Shown here: piece by piece, positions 18,338 through 26,842 of the stretch
How positions within the stretch are numbered: position 1 is the stretch's first letter
Layout: every line of letters begins with the position of its first letter
IMG/VR virus record: IMGVR_UViG_3300037189_025323
Location: 1 to 64,000 of that record
Source of the DNA: an uncultured virus (IMG/VR IMGVR_UViG_3300037189_025323)
Lineage: Duplodnaviria; Heunggongvirae; Uroviricota; Caudoviricetes
DNA: 64,000 nt
Strand: one strand, 5' to 3'
The notes under the pieces: model-generated
The model's input: the letters and a program-made list of their open reading frames with translations, nothing else
Told to the model about the DNA's origin: nothing
The model's database searches: none
Translations under genes and position numbers: made by a program

Positions 18338-18488
18338 AATATTTGAGAAACCTAAAGCCACAAACTAACCCAAATCACTCTTATATAGATAGGGTTGTAG
18401 GGGGAACCCATTCCCTCTGTTTCCCTACAAACCACCCGGAAGATCCCCACTAACAACTACTTATGACTTCCATCTTTGAAAACTTGAC

Positions 18489-18525
18489 AAAATGCAAAGC
18501 TAGTGGTTTTGAAATGCAAGTACTA
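18489..18525. repeat. Two iteron-like repeats (AAATGCAA core, 22-bp period)
   Basis: aaaatgcaaagcta and gaaatgcaagtacta, related to the repeats at 19522-19583. Confidence 0.45.
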
Positions 18526-18528
18526 CGG

Positions 18529-19503
18529 CTAGGCCAAGGTGAGAGCATGCGAAAGACAAGAACGCAAGGAGTAAACCGGGATTGCCCCACGTTTTTTTAG
18601 GCTGAATTTGAACTTATCGCCCTCATCTTTCACTTCTGTCCATGGAATCTCATCAACCGCACTCAAAACACTCTTGTTGATAAAGGCGGGAGTAGTAGTC
18701 TCCATCTGAAGATAAGAAGCCAACTTATCCTTCATGATCAGATAATTCTGCTTATTACCGTGAAAACTCAACAGAATCCGAAGAAGCAAAACAACCATTC
18801 TCGAAGTCTTAATGTCTTCAATAGAAATAAACCAAGGATTAATTTGAAGCATTGACTTAAAATTAGGAGTTAAACGAATCTTTACCTCTTTGTCATTCCG
18901 AGAAAAAGCCTCAATTACATTGTTCTTAACCAACGACTCCAAAGCAATCTCAAACCCATTATTAAAGGAAGTAGATGGAACTTTCCCAACAACCTCAGCG
19001 AACCTTCTCCAATTAAAAACAATTTCATTGCTTGACATATACCCATTCAAAATGTGCCAGCCAATTCCACACAAAGTCTGAAGACCTAAAAGCCCAATAC
19101 TATCAGGATCTACATTCTTCGTACCAATCGAAAACTTAAAATCTAATTTTCTAGGCATTACAATCCAATCTGTCACTCGCACGTCATCCTTGGAATAAGC
19201 AATCGTCCTCCCTGGATGCAATAACTCATGACATTTTGAGCAAATCGTAACTCCTTCATATTTATTTGTATCATGTGTCAATAAAGCATGGCTCAAAACA
19301 ACGTCCCAATCTCCATAAAATTTCCATAAGCCAAGAATAATATGGTAAAGCTCCACCATATGATGAACCTCAAGCCCATCTAGAGCACCACAGCGAATAC
19401 AAGACGTTGCTCTGTTCTTATCCACCCATCTAGAATACTGAATTGAAGCTCTAATCCTTCGTTCAACGTCCTTAATCATTTGATAGCGTTGATGCTTTTG
19501 CAT
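18529..19503 (-). CDS. HNH domain fused to a Rep_3/RepA-like winged-helix region (candidate replication initiator)
   Basis: N-terminal CIRC..LEVHH..TICSKCHELLH. The C-terminal pattern (FAEVVG..F..ALESL, VKIRLTP, KDKLASYL..F..SVLSAVDEI) resembles tandem winged-helix initiators. Confidence 0.55.
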   Translation of the reverse strand: MQKHQRYQMIKDVERRIRASIQYSRWVDKNRATSCIRCGALDGLEVHHMVELYHIILGLWKFYGDWDVVLSHALLTHDTNKYEGVTICSKCHELLHPGRTIAYSKDDVRVTDWIVMPRKLDFKFSIGTKNVDPDSIGLLGLQTLCGIGWHILNGYMSSNEIVFNWRRFAEVVGKVPSTSFNNGFEIALESLVKNNVIEAFSRNDKEVKIRLTPNFKSMLQINPWFISIEDIKTSRMVVLLLRILLSFHGNKQNYLIMKDKLASYLQMETTTPAFINKSVLSAVDEIPWTEVKDEGDKFKFSLKKRGAIPVYSLRSCLSHALTLA

Positions 19504-19521
19504 AAACCTCCTCTTTTAATC

Positions 19522-19583
19522 AATGGTATTTGCATTCAAAAATGGTATTTCCATTTCATAATAAATACAAAATGGAAATACTA
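19522..19583. repeat. Direct and inverted iteron/operator-like repeats upstream of the HNH-Rep gene
   Basis: aatggtatttgcattc (19522), aatggtatttccatttc (19541) and inverted aaaatggaaatacta (19569). Confidence 0.65.
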
Positions 19584-19597
19584 AAGGTAGGTGGGAT

Positions 19598-21118
19598 TTA
19601 GAAAGTCTGGTTCTTCAATTCTGATATTGCATCAGCAGGAGTCAGTTCTTTCCCAAGAGAAGCCCAATCATCAGCTAATTCCAAAAGAAACTTCTGAGCC
19701 TTACCAATCTCAGGCATACGACTTCTATCTTTTGGACCAATGCCTAAAAGCTTCATGATTTCATGACCATCTAAGACAGGTTTCCCCTGTACCTTGATCG
19801 GAGACTCCTTTACCTGCCTTAAGCGTTCCTGAAGCTTCTTAATGCTTCCATGGGGGACTAGAGGACCAAGGGAGGCAGCTTCATCAGCATCAGCCAGACT
19901 TACCACAGCATCCGACATCTCTTCCCCAAGATCTCTAATGAACTTTCTTAATGCCTTTTCAGAAGAATCAATAAGATGATATGGGCGCATATGACTCCGA
20001 ACCATTGTGACAACCCTACTAATGGTTTCTTTGTCAAACTTCAGCCGATGCAACATTGCCTCTGCTATCCCTGCTCCAACTTCATCATGACCATGGAAAT
20101 GAATCCCATCCTCTAAAATCTCCTGAGACTTGGGTTTCCCAATATCATGCAATAAAGCGGCTAATTGCCCTTCAATGGTTGGAGGAGCACCTTTTAACAC
20201 CAACATCGTATGAGCAAAGCAATCACCCTCCAAGTGATGATCTGGACTTTGCTTAACACCATGTAAGGCGTGAACCTCTGGCATTACATATTTAAGCAAT
20301 CCAATCGCCTTCATCATCTTAATAGCCTGAGCAAGCTTCCCTAGCTTCATCACCTTCTCAAGCTCTGCCATGATTCTCTCAGCAGAAACAATCTGAATCC
20401 TTTCAGCATTCCTCTTCACAGATTTAAGAACGCTAATCGGAACATCCCATCCATATTTTGCCTGGAATCGCACAAGTCTTATCATCCTTAATGGATCATT
20501 TGTAAAGATGTCATCCATATCTACCATGGGATTCCCTCTAAGGATTCCCTTCTTGATGTCTGTAACACTTACTCCAGTTAAATCAATAAACTCTCCCGTT
20601 GTCATATCCTTGAGCAAAGAGTTAACAGTGAAATCTCTTCTCTCAACATCTTCTTGAAGAGTTCCCCATTGAGTCTGTCTTTGTCTGGTAGTCGGATCAG
20701 GAAATGTTTCCTTCATTGTATCCGCAACATCAATAGAAGCACCTTTCGTTTTATACACTTCCCCATTGAATTCAACATCACCATCAAAAACCATCTGCCA
20801 AATAGGATAAGCAGCACCAGTCTGAAAAGGTTTGTGAATAGCTTGAGGGAATGATTGCCAAACAAAATGAGTAAATTTCTTGGCTCCTTCTGGCATTTGC
20901 TTGCCTTTCTCAGAAGGAAGCTCAACAACAAGATCTAAATCTTTTGCTTCTAATCCAAGTAGCTCGTCTCTATTATATCCCCCAACCGAATGAACTCGAC
21001 CAGAAAACATTGTCCCAGGAAGAAAAGCTTTTAAAAGTCTTTCGACTTCTTTTTCAGAAGAAGAGGACACAAGACAACGTGCAAGCTTCAGTAATTCACG
21101 AGCTAAAATTCTCATCAT
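19598..21118 (-). CDS. cca: CCA-adding tRNA nucleotidyltransferase with HD domain
   Basis: VGGYNRD..KDLDL, DVERRDFTVN, DPLRMIRLVRF, SAERI..E and HLEGD..HT/LLHDIGK motifs. Start taken at 21118 (GGAG SD). Confidence 0.9.
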   Translation of the reverse strand: MMRILARELLKLARCLVSSSSEKEVERLLKAFLPGTMFSGRVHSVGGYNRDELLGLEAKDLDLVVELPSEKGKQMPEGAKKFTHFVWQSFPQAIHKPFQTGAAYPIWQMVFDGDVEFNGEVYKTKGASIDVADTMKETFPDPTTRQRQTQWGTLQEDVERRDFTVNSLLKDMTTGEFIDLTGVSVTDIKKGILRGNPMVDMDDIFTNDPLRMIRLVRFQAKYGWDVPISVLKSVKRNAERIQIVSAERIMAELEKVMKLGKLAQAIKMMKAIGLLKYVMPEVHALHGVKQSPDHHLEGDCFAHTMLVLKGAPPTIEGQLAALLHDIGKPKSQEILEDGIHFHGHDEVGAGIAEAMLHRLKFDKETISRVVTMVRSHMRPYHLIDSSEKALRKFIRDLGEEMSDAVVSLADADEAASLGPLVPHGSIKKLQERLRQVKESPIKVQGKPVLDGHEIMKLLGIGPKDRSRMPEIGKAQKFLLELADDWASLGKELTPADAISELKNQTF

Positions 21119-21162
21119 CGTACTCCAAGTCATTTCCTATTCATTTTTTATCTAACAATTCT

Positions 21163-21203
21163 AAAAAAACAAAAGCCCTGGATTTTTACCTCCAGAGCTT
21201 TTG
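21163..21203 (-). terminator. Rho-independent terminator
   Basis: AAAAGCTCTGGA...TCCAGGGCTTTT hairpin with a T tract after the RuvC-like gene. Confidence 0.7.
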
Positions 21204-21227
21204 GGTTATCCTGAGTTATTCCCAATC

Positions 21228-21788
21228 TCAGCAATTATATCGAGGACGATCAGTAAGAACCTTTTTGATAACCTCACTCTGAGCCTTAGTTGGCTGGAAA
21301 ACATCTGAAGTATTCACCAAAGCCTTAGCAATATGGCTCAACACCATTGCGTCTGCTTGGTTATCATCAGCGACTTCTTTCCCGTAATGTTTATACACAG
21401 CCATCACAATCATACTCTTCGGACCAGAACCCTTCCCCGTCACGAATTTCTTAATCTGATTCGGACTGATGAGGTAGAAAGGAAATTTGGCATCATACAA
21501 CGCCATCCGAATAACAGTACCAAGCATCGCCAACTTGATGGCACTTCCAATCTGCTTGGCATTGCATGGAGTATAAAAATCCTCCACACAAATCATCTTA
21601 ACGTCTTTGGGGATTCTTCTGATAATCTCATGGCAAATATGCTTCAGCCTACTAAGATCATCATCAAAATCACCAGGGACACTCTTAATCGTCTCTACTT
21701 TGGTTTCTCCACCCTTCTTGATGCAAAAACCAGTAGAACTCAAAGAAAGATCAAGACCTAAATATACAGAATCATCTGTGGCTTCCAT
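21228..21788 (-). CDS. ruvC: RuvC-like Holliday junction resolvase
   Basis: LGLDLSLSSTG, ICVED, PNQIKKFVTGKG..K and DNQADA motifs. Confidence 0.85.
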   Translation of the reverse strand: MEATDDSVYLGLDLSLSSTGFCIKKGGETKVETIKSVPGDFDDDLSRLKHICHEIIRRIPKDVKMICVEDFYTPCNAKQIGSAIKLAMLGTVIRMALYDAKFPFYLISPNQIKKFVTGKGSGPKSMIVMAVYKHYGKEVADDNQADAMVLSHIAKALVNTSDVFQPTKAQSEVIKKVLTDRPRYNC

Positions 21789-21800
21789 GATTTCTCCAAA

Positions 21801-22169
21801 TTATAGAACGTCTTCTTCTTGCAATGCTTTAGGCATTTTAATTTTACGCTCAAGAACTTTAGGGATAGAAGATCCAACAACAGGAATTTCAACAGGATTC
21901 TCTTGTTCCACAACCGTTGCAGGAACCGAAAGAATTCTCTCTGCTTCAGAAATAGAAATGTCCGCTTCCTTCTCCAGTTGATCAATCAACCCAGGAAGGT
22001 CCGTAACCTCACAATCATATTCTTCCTTACATTTCTTTTCTAATTCAGAAAGACGCTTCTGATGTCCATCCAACTCACCGGTAATCCTTTGCTTCCGGTT
22101 TGAAATATCCTCAGCTTTCTTTTTCGCCTCATGCAATCGCTTGATTTTTTCTTCCAAATTACTTGCCAT
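21801..22169 (-). CDS. Small coiled-coil protein
   Basis: Heptad-rich N-terminal half. Confidence 0.65.
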   Translation of the reverse strand: MASNLEEKIKRLHEAKKKAEDISNRKQRITGELDGHQKRLSELEKKCKEEYDCEVTDLPGLIDQLEKEADISISEAERILSVPATVVEQENPVEIPVVGSSIPKVLERKIKMPKALQEEDVL

Positions 22170-22596
22170 TCTTTTTCTCCTCTACTTCTGGATAGTCTCC
22201 AAACATCATCCCCGAAATGGTCTTGCTTAAAGTCTTTGAAGAAACAGTACGTATATCTCCTTTAGTTTGGCACTGACATTGTTGTGAACGCTTCGGACAA
22301 GGTTTCATAAACTCATCAAACATTTTACGAGTAAGGGTTTCTCCCTCTGTAATATATTTTACCCCCGGACAACCAATGCTCTCACATGAACAACTCAAAA
22401 GCTGCAAGGGAATAAAAGCCTCTGGTTCTGAAGCTGGGACAAAAAGAACAATATGATTTTTGAAGATCCTGGAAACATCCCCGGACTCTTCATCCTTGAT
22501 CAGTACCCGATCACTCTTATCATCTAAAACAATACCTTCCAGCTTACACCCATTTGCCAAAAAAAACTTTACAGAAATACCAATAAATTCTTTCAT
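22159..22596 (-). CDS. Hfq/LSm-like domain fused to a Cys-rich domain
   Basis: VKFFLANGCKLEGIV...SRIFKNHIVLFVP parallels the Hfq Sm1/Sm2 motifs. Start at 22596 with SD. Confidence 0.55.
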   Translation of the reverse strand: MKEFIGISVKFFLANGCKLEGIVLDDKSDRVLIKDEESGDVSRIFKNHIVLFVPASEPEAFIPLQLLSCSCESIGCPGVKYITEGETLTRKMFDEFMKPCPKRSQQCQCQTKGDIRTVSSKTLSKTISGMMFGDYPEVEEKKNGK

Positions 22597-22610
22597 ATCT
22601 TCCTCTCCAA

Positions 22611-24047
22611 TTAATCTTTTTGCAAACAATCCCCAGAAATAGGTTTCATCGTAATCGGGCAAACATCAACCTGTGAACGTGCATCCTCATATTCTTTTAT
22701 TTGTTTCTTTAAAGATTCATCTTCTCTATTCAAAGATTCAAGAGCATTTTTCTCCAAAGCTTTAACTGAATTCCAGGCATCCAAATCCGCCTTCATCTTT
22801 TTTGCCTTTTCCAAGACCAGAGGAACCTTCTCCAAGATATTCCATGCCTTTTTCTCATCAGCAAACTTAATAAGATCTCTTGTCAGCTTTTCTACTTGTT
22901 CTTGAGACGTTTTCACCAGTGACAAAAATGCATGCATATTAACTACCATCGTAATGAAATTATTTGCATGCTTAGTCTTAATCAAAGCGGCAACGTCATT
23001 CGGGATCAACTTTAATTCAACATTCAAAGACTTTGTATCCCTGTCTAAAATTACCCACTGATCATAAAACTTTCGCGCATCCATACCCCGAGAAACCTTT
23101 CCTAAACCACTATCAACAACACCCAAAGCTTTCCTATTATCAGGAAGCTTCTTTAACTCACCATTCAAAGAAACGGCTTGAGCTTCTGATACCTGCCATT
23201 CTTTGTAAAACTTAGACATTGATTCAGCATCATTCAGAAATGTTTGCCCTGACGATAAGAAACTAAAAGCCTTCTTCTCATCAGGATATTGAGAAAGCTC
23301 AGCTTCCAATTGAGAAATCTTTTCCTGTTCCTTACCAAGCTCGCTCTTCAATCCTTCAACCAGGACCACCGCTTCCTTAAGCTCGTCATAATTCTTCATA
23401 TCCTCTTGAACTTTATTCAGGACACGTTGCTCCTCAATCAAAAGATTCTCATCATGCAATTTGCTAGTCAACTCTTCATTCTGTTCTTCAAGCTGATTGA
23501 TCTCCCGAGTAAGCCTAGAATTATCCAAGCTTACCTCGCGGATTAACATCTCGATTCCCGAAAGACCAGAAATTTCATCAACAACCTGAGCCCTTAATGA
23601 GCCAGTTGCATCTTGCCCCGCAAATTCCGAAAGCATAAAATGAGACTCAAGCTGATCCATGATATTGACTTTCATTTCAACATCACCCAGCTTTACCAAA
23701 CCAAACCCAAGAATTTCCGAAACCTGAGGAAGAATCTGTTTGCCAATTTTATCAAAGTAAGAAGTCTTACCGGAAGCATCAGTAACTTCCCAGAGATTCT
23801 TCTTGCCACGTGTAACCTTTACATTGCCCTTGTCTGTCCAAACCTGAACCTCGCAGTTGTCACTGCCCTTCCTAACTGATTCAGGATCAAATTGGTTATA
23901 GGCAATAAGTGCAAGTGCTCTGACAATAGCCGACTTCCCTGAATTGCTTAAACCAACAATGGCATTCAACTCAGGAGAGAGATTGTCAAGTACCGTGTCC
24001 TCATGGGACTCAAAATTCTTGAGCGCAATTTTTCTGATAATGTTCAT
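22611..24047 (-). CDS. SbcC/Rad50-like ATPase, N-terminal half only
   Basis: IALKNFESH, Walker A GLSNSGKS, Q-loop and coiled coil. Ends at a hook-like CPIT. Confidence 0.8.
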   Translation of the reverse strand: MNIIRKIALKNFESHEDTVLDNLSPELNAIVGLSNSGKSAIVRALALIAYNQFDPESVRKGSDNCEVQVWTDKGNVKVTRGKKNLWEVTDASGKTSYFDKIGKQILPQVSEILGFGLVKLGDVEMKVNIMDQLESHFMLSEFAGQDATGSLRAQVVDEISGLSGIEMLIREVSLDNSRLTREINQLEEQNEELTSKLHDENLLIEEQRVLNKVQEDMKNYDELKEAVVLVEGLKSELGKEQEKISQLEAELSQYPDEKKAFSFLSSGQTFLNDAESMSKFYKEWQVSEAQAVSLNGELKKLPDNRKALGVVDSGLGKVSRGMDARKFYDQWVILDRDTKSLNVELKLIPNDVAALIKTKHANNFITMVVNMHAFLSLVKTSQEQVEKLTRDLIKFADEKKAWNILEKVPLVLEKAKKMKADLDAWNSVKALEKNALESLNREDESLKKQIKEYEDARSQVDVCPITMKPISGDCLQKD

Positions 24048-24119
24048 AAAGCTTTTGGTCTCCAGCCCCTATTATACACAGCCAAAGATCCTTTATCTTC
24101 CTGTCCTAAAAATTTTTCT

Positions 24120-24869
24120 TTAGTCCTCTTCATCCCTAACTTGAATAAAACCAGTACCGTCACACTCCCGGCATTTATGAGTCTCCAACTTCTGGTCAAT
24201 ACAGCTACAATTATCCTCAAAACACCGTTCATTCAAAGCGCAACTGTTGTCATAATTTACACAGTGAACGTCTACTCCTTTCCCCATACAATCAAGACAA
24301 GGCTTAACCGCAACCGAATGAATCTTTTTGATAGCGTTCTTAGAGCTATCCATTAATCTCTCTGCTTCCAAACAATCCTCTGTCTTTTTCACAGAGGCGA
24401 AGCGAGTTGACATACAAGTACAAATTTCTCCATACTTATTATAAACGTCAATGAATTCATCATCACCCAAATGGATAGCAAGGTATTCAACATCAAGATC
24501 AAATTTGTCTTCCAAGCCGGAATTGTCCTTAAAACAAACATAGCGTTCTTTGAGTGCATCCTTAAGGCTTTGAAGCATTTCATCATTAGAAACAATCAGC
24601 TTGTTTTCGTCTTCAAAGTGAGCACAGATCCAATCGGGAGGGTTTTGAACATAATTCATCTTCCCTTTTTCCTGCTTGATCTTAACCATGCCCTTAAGAC
24701 GCTCTTTGGCAGACTGAAGGATAGTGAAGCCGGGGATATCCCGGATTTCAATAAGAGAACCCTTCTCGTCAAGAACCTTAACCCGGACTGTAAACCGTTC
24801 CCCAATCTCTTTATGGATGCAATAAAGGCTATACCGGGGAGGACTACCCTTTACCAAGACTACATTCAT
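24120..24869 (-). CDS. Hypothetical protein with C-terminal DnaJ-type CxxCxGxG pair
   Basis: CLDCMGKG and CRECDGTG motifs. Confidence 0.65.
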   Translation of the reverse strand: MNVVLVKGSPPRYSLYCIHKEIGERFTVRVKVLDEKGSLIEIRDIPGFTILQSAKERLKGMVKIKQEKGKMNYVQNPPDWICAHFEDENKLIVSNDEMLQSLKDALKERYVCFKDNSGLEDKFDLDVEYLAIHLGDDEFIDVYNKYGEICTCMSTRFASVKKTEDCLEAERLMDSSKNAIKKIHSVAVKPCLDCMGKGVDVHCVNYDNSCALNERCFEDNCSCIDQKLETHKCRECDGTGFIQVRDEED

Positions 24870-24885
24870 TTATCGGACTCCTGAG

Positions 24886-24930
24886 TAAAAAATAAGGGTT
24901 GCCATGACTATATATCACTGGCAACCCTTG
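24886..24930 (-). terminator. Rho-independent terminator
   Basis: AAGGGTTGCCA...TGGCAACCCTT perfect stem followed by ATTTTTT. Confidence 0.7.
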
Positions 24931-24947
24931 GAAATCCAAAGAAACCC

Positions 24948-25706
24948 TTAAGAAGTTTTTATTGGTTTTCTTTCAGTACCAAAAAAATCAACCCAGCTAG
25001 TCCATCCTTTATTTACATAAAACCTATCCGGGTTACGTGGAATATCGGATGATTTTTTCCATTTTCGATATTCATTTACCGATTTAACTCCTTGTTTTTG
25101 AACAATCTTTTTTGCATCTTCATAAGACAAGTGACTAAAAACCCTAGGAGTAAAATCATTTCCAAAAAAATCAGACCAAGAAACCCAACCCTTGTTTTTA
25201 TAAACGTCAGAAGGGCAATAGGGGAGATTAAGAGGTCTCTTTTTCCACTTTCTGTATTCCTCTCTTCCTTTAATCCCTTGCTTCTGAACAATCGCCCTAG
25301 CTTCTTCATAAGAAAGAAAAACAAGGTTCCTTGGTCTTCTCCCATTACCCAAGAATTCGGACCAACTAACCCAGCCCTTTCCTTTATAAAAAACTTCAGG
25401 ATTAGATGGAATATTGGAAGGTCTTTCTTCCCACGTCCTGTAATCCACCATCCTTTTGATTCCCTTCTTACGAATAATCTCCTTTACTTCATCATAAGAA
25501 AGAAAATTAGAACCATTAGGCTTCTTCTTTTTTCCCAAAAACTCAGGCCAAGATGTCCAACCCCTACCCTGATAAGCCTTCCAAGGATTAGATGGAACCC
25601 CGGCTGGTCTACTCATCCATGTCATAAACTCCATAGCTTTTTTAATCCCATGCTTCTGGACAAAGGCTTTCGCCTCTTCATACGTCATGATCTGCTTTTT
25701 TTCCAT
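24948..25706 (-). CDS. Tandem-repeat protein (four ~62-aa integrase-repeat-like units)
   Basis: Four copies of SYEEAK..VQK.GIK...EY..W..RP..IP.NP...Y..KGW.SW..F.G. Confidence 0.8.
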   Translation of the reverse strand: MEKKQIMTYEEAKAFVQKHGIKKAMEFMTWMSRPAGVPSNPWKAYQGRGWTSWPEFLGKKKKPNGSNFLSYDEVKEIIRKKGIKRMVDYRTWEERPSNIPSNPEVFYKGKGWVSWSEFLGNGRRPRNLVFLSYEEARAIVQKQGIKGREEYRKWKKRPLNLPYCPSDVYKNKGWVSWSDFFGNDFTPRVFSHLSYEDAKKIVQKQGVKSVNEYRKWKKSSDIPRNPDRFYVNKGWTSWVDFFGTERKPIKTS

Positions 25707-25751
25707 TTACTTTCCCTTTTAGCTGATGTCTTCATTCCTTGCTGCACTCTC

Positions 25752-25759
25752 ATTATACC
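25752..25759 (-). promoter_or_regulatory. GGTATAAT promoter element
   Basis: Intergenic, between a terminator and the repeat-protein start. Confidence 0.55.
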
Positions 25760-25808
25760 CCACAAATATATCTTTTTCTTATATTTCCCTGGAAAATAAT
25801 CCACAACC

Positions 25809-25848
25809 AAAGAAAAAGGACCCGTACCTTATTCAGTACGAGTCCTTT
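25809..25848 (-). terminator. Rho-independent terminator
   Basis: AAAGGACTCGTAC...GTACGGGTCCTTT followed by a T tract. Confidence 0.7.
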
Positions 25849-25861
25849 ACTTGTCCCCCGA

Positions 25862-26443
25862 TCAGACAGACTTGGGGACTCGGAACCAACCCTGAGGACC
25901 CTTCCCGTACTTCCCCGGAAAGAATTTCTTGAGGAGGTCCCAGAGAGCAGACTTCTGGCTTTCCGGGATCATGTTGGCATTCACCAACTTATCCCACCGT
26001 CTCCCCGGAATGCTGCGCCATGCCTGCTTGAAGTCTTCAGCCTTCCCGCGCCGATAAGGCGTCACAACCATCAACACCTGTCCCCGCTTCTCAATCAGAA
26101 TGTCCGGGTCCCGATGAGAAACCTTGAACCGTTCCCGGATCTTCTCAGCCAATTCCCCCATATGGCATTCTTCTTCAATCTGCTTAGCAATGGCAAGAAC
26201 CTTCTCAACCTTGCCATTCTGAGCCGCAACCGAAGCCTCATGGACCAGCACATTGGCCTTCTTCTGATCTTCGGGGCTCAAGTCGGCGTTGAAGCCTTCC
26301 CGGCATTCGGGACCAATGCCCATTTCAACGCTGATGGAATCAATAAGGGGTCTCCCACACACAACACAGTGAGTGGCAAGCATCACCGCAGCAGGGGAGG
26401 AAGCGTAGTCGTTCATCATTGTCTCCTTGGTTACTGGGATCAA
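25862..26443 (-). CDS. DUF6011-like zinc-finger protein
   Basis: CVVCGRPLIDSISVEMGIGPECR motif. Monocistronic and GC-richer than its neighbours. Confidence 0.7.
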   Translation of the reverse strand: MIPVTKETMMNDYASSPAAVMLATHCVVCGRPLIDSISVEMGIGPECREGFNADLSPEDQKKANVLVHEASVAAQNGKVEKVLAIAKQIEEECHMGELAEKIRERFKVSHRDPDILIEKRGQVLMVVTPYRRGKAEDFKQAWRSIPGRRWDKLVNANMIPESQKSALWDLLKKFFPGKYGKGPQGWFRVPKSV

Positions 26444-26455
26444 TCTCTTACACCC

Positions 26456-26488
26456 ATGTATTACCCAAGGAGACCTGAAAATCCAAAC
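26456..26488 (-). promoter_or_regulatory. GTTTGGATTT-N10/11-TGGGTAATACAT promoter-like motif
   Basis: Nearly identical copy at 50663-50694. Confidence 0.6.
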
Positions 26489-26548
26489 TAAACGAAAAGA
26501 ATTTTAAGAAATAGTCAGAATATCTATAAGTCTTTATTAGTCAATAGA

Positions 26549-26842
26549 TTATTTACCGTATAGAGGTGGAGTTGCAACATCCTTGACCTTAGGCGGTTCC
26601 CCTCTTTGATGGAAAAAGAGTTCCCTTCCATCAGTCGTTCTCATCCAACCCTCTATCTCTATCTGCCCAATATGAACTAGATCATGACATGAAGCACAGA
26701 TCCAAGAAATATTGAAACCAGCATTGGCATCTTTAATTTCTCTTCCGTTAATATGATGCTCAACCAATACTGATTTATTTTTGCATATTGGACAGACCTG
26801 AATCCCAGACCTATTAAATTTTCTCTCATTAGTTTTTGTCAT
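26549..26842 (-). CDS. Small HNH endonuclease
   Basis: CPIC..EHHING..N..ICASCHDLVH motif. Confidence 0.8.
   Translation of the reverse strand: MTKTNERKFNRSGIQVCPICKNKSVLVEHHINGREIKDANAGFNISWICASCHDLVHIGQIEIEGWMRTTDGRELFFHQRGEPPKVKDVATPPLYGK

Noticed and set aside
18340..18528. tRNA or known ncRNA in the long intergenic gaps (also 50620-50950)
   Set aside because: I could not recognise a cloverleaf or known RNA motif. The gaps are explained by promoters, hairpins, repeats and a small ORF, though a covariance-model scan is needed to exclude an RNA.
24948..25706. CRISPR array or DGR-like repeats
   Set aside because: The repeats are degenerate in-frame protein repeats. There are no identical repeats with spacers and no cas or RT gene.
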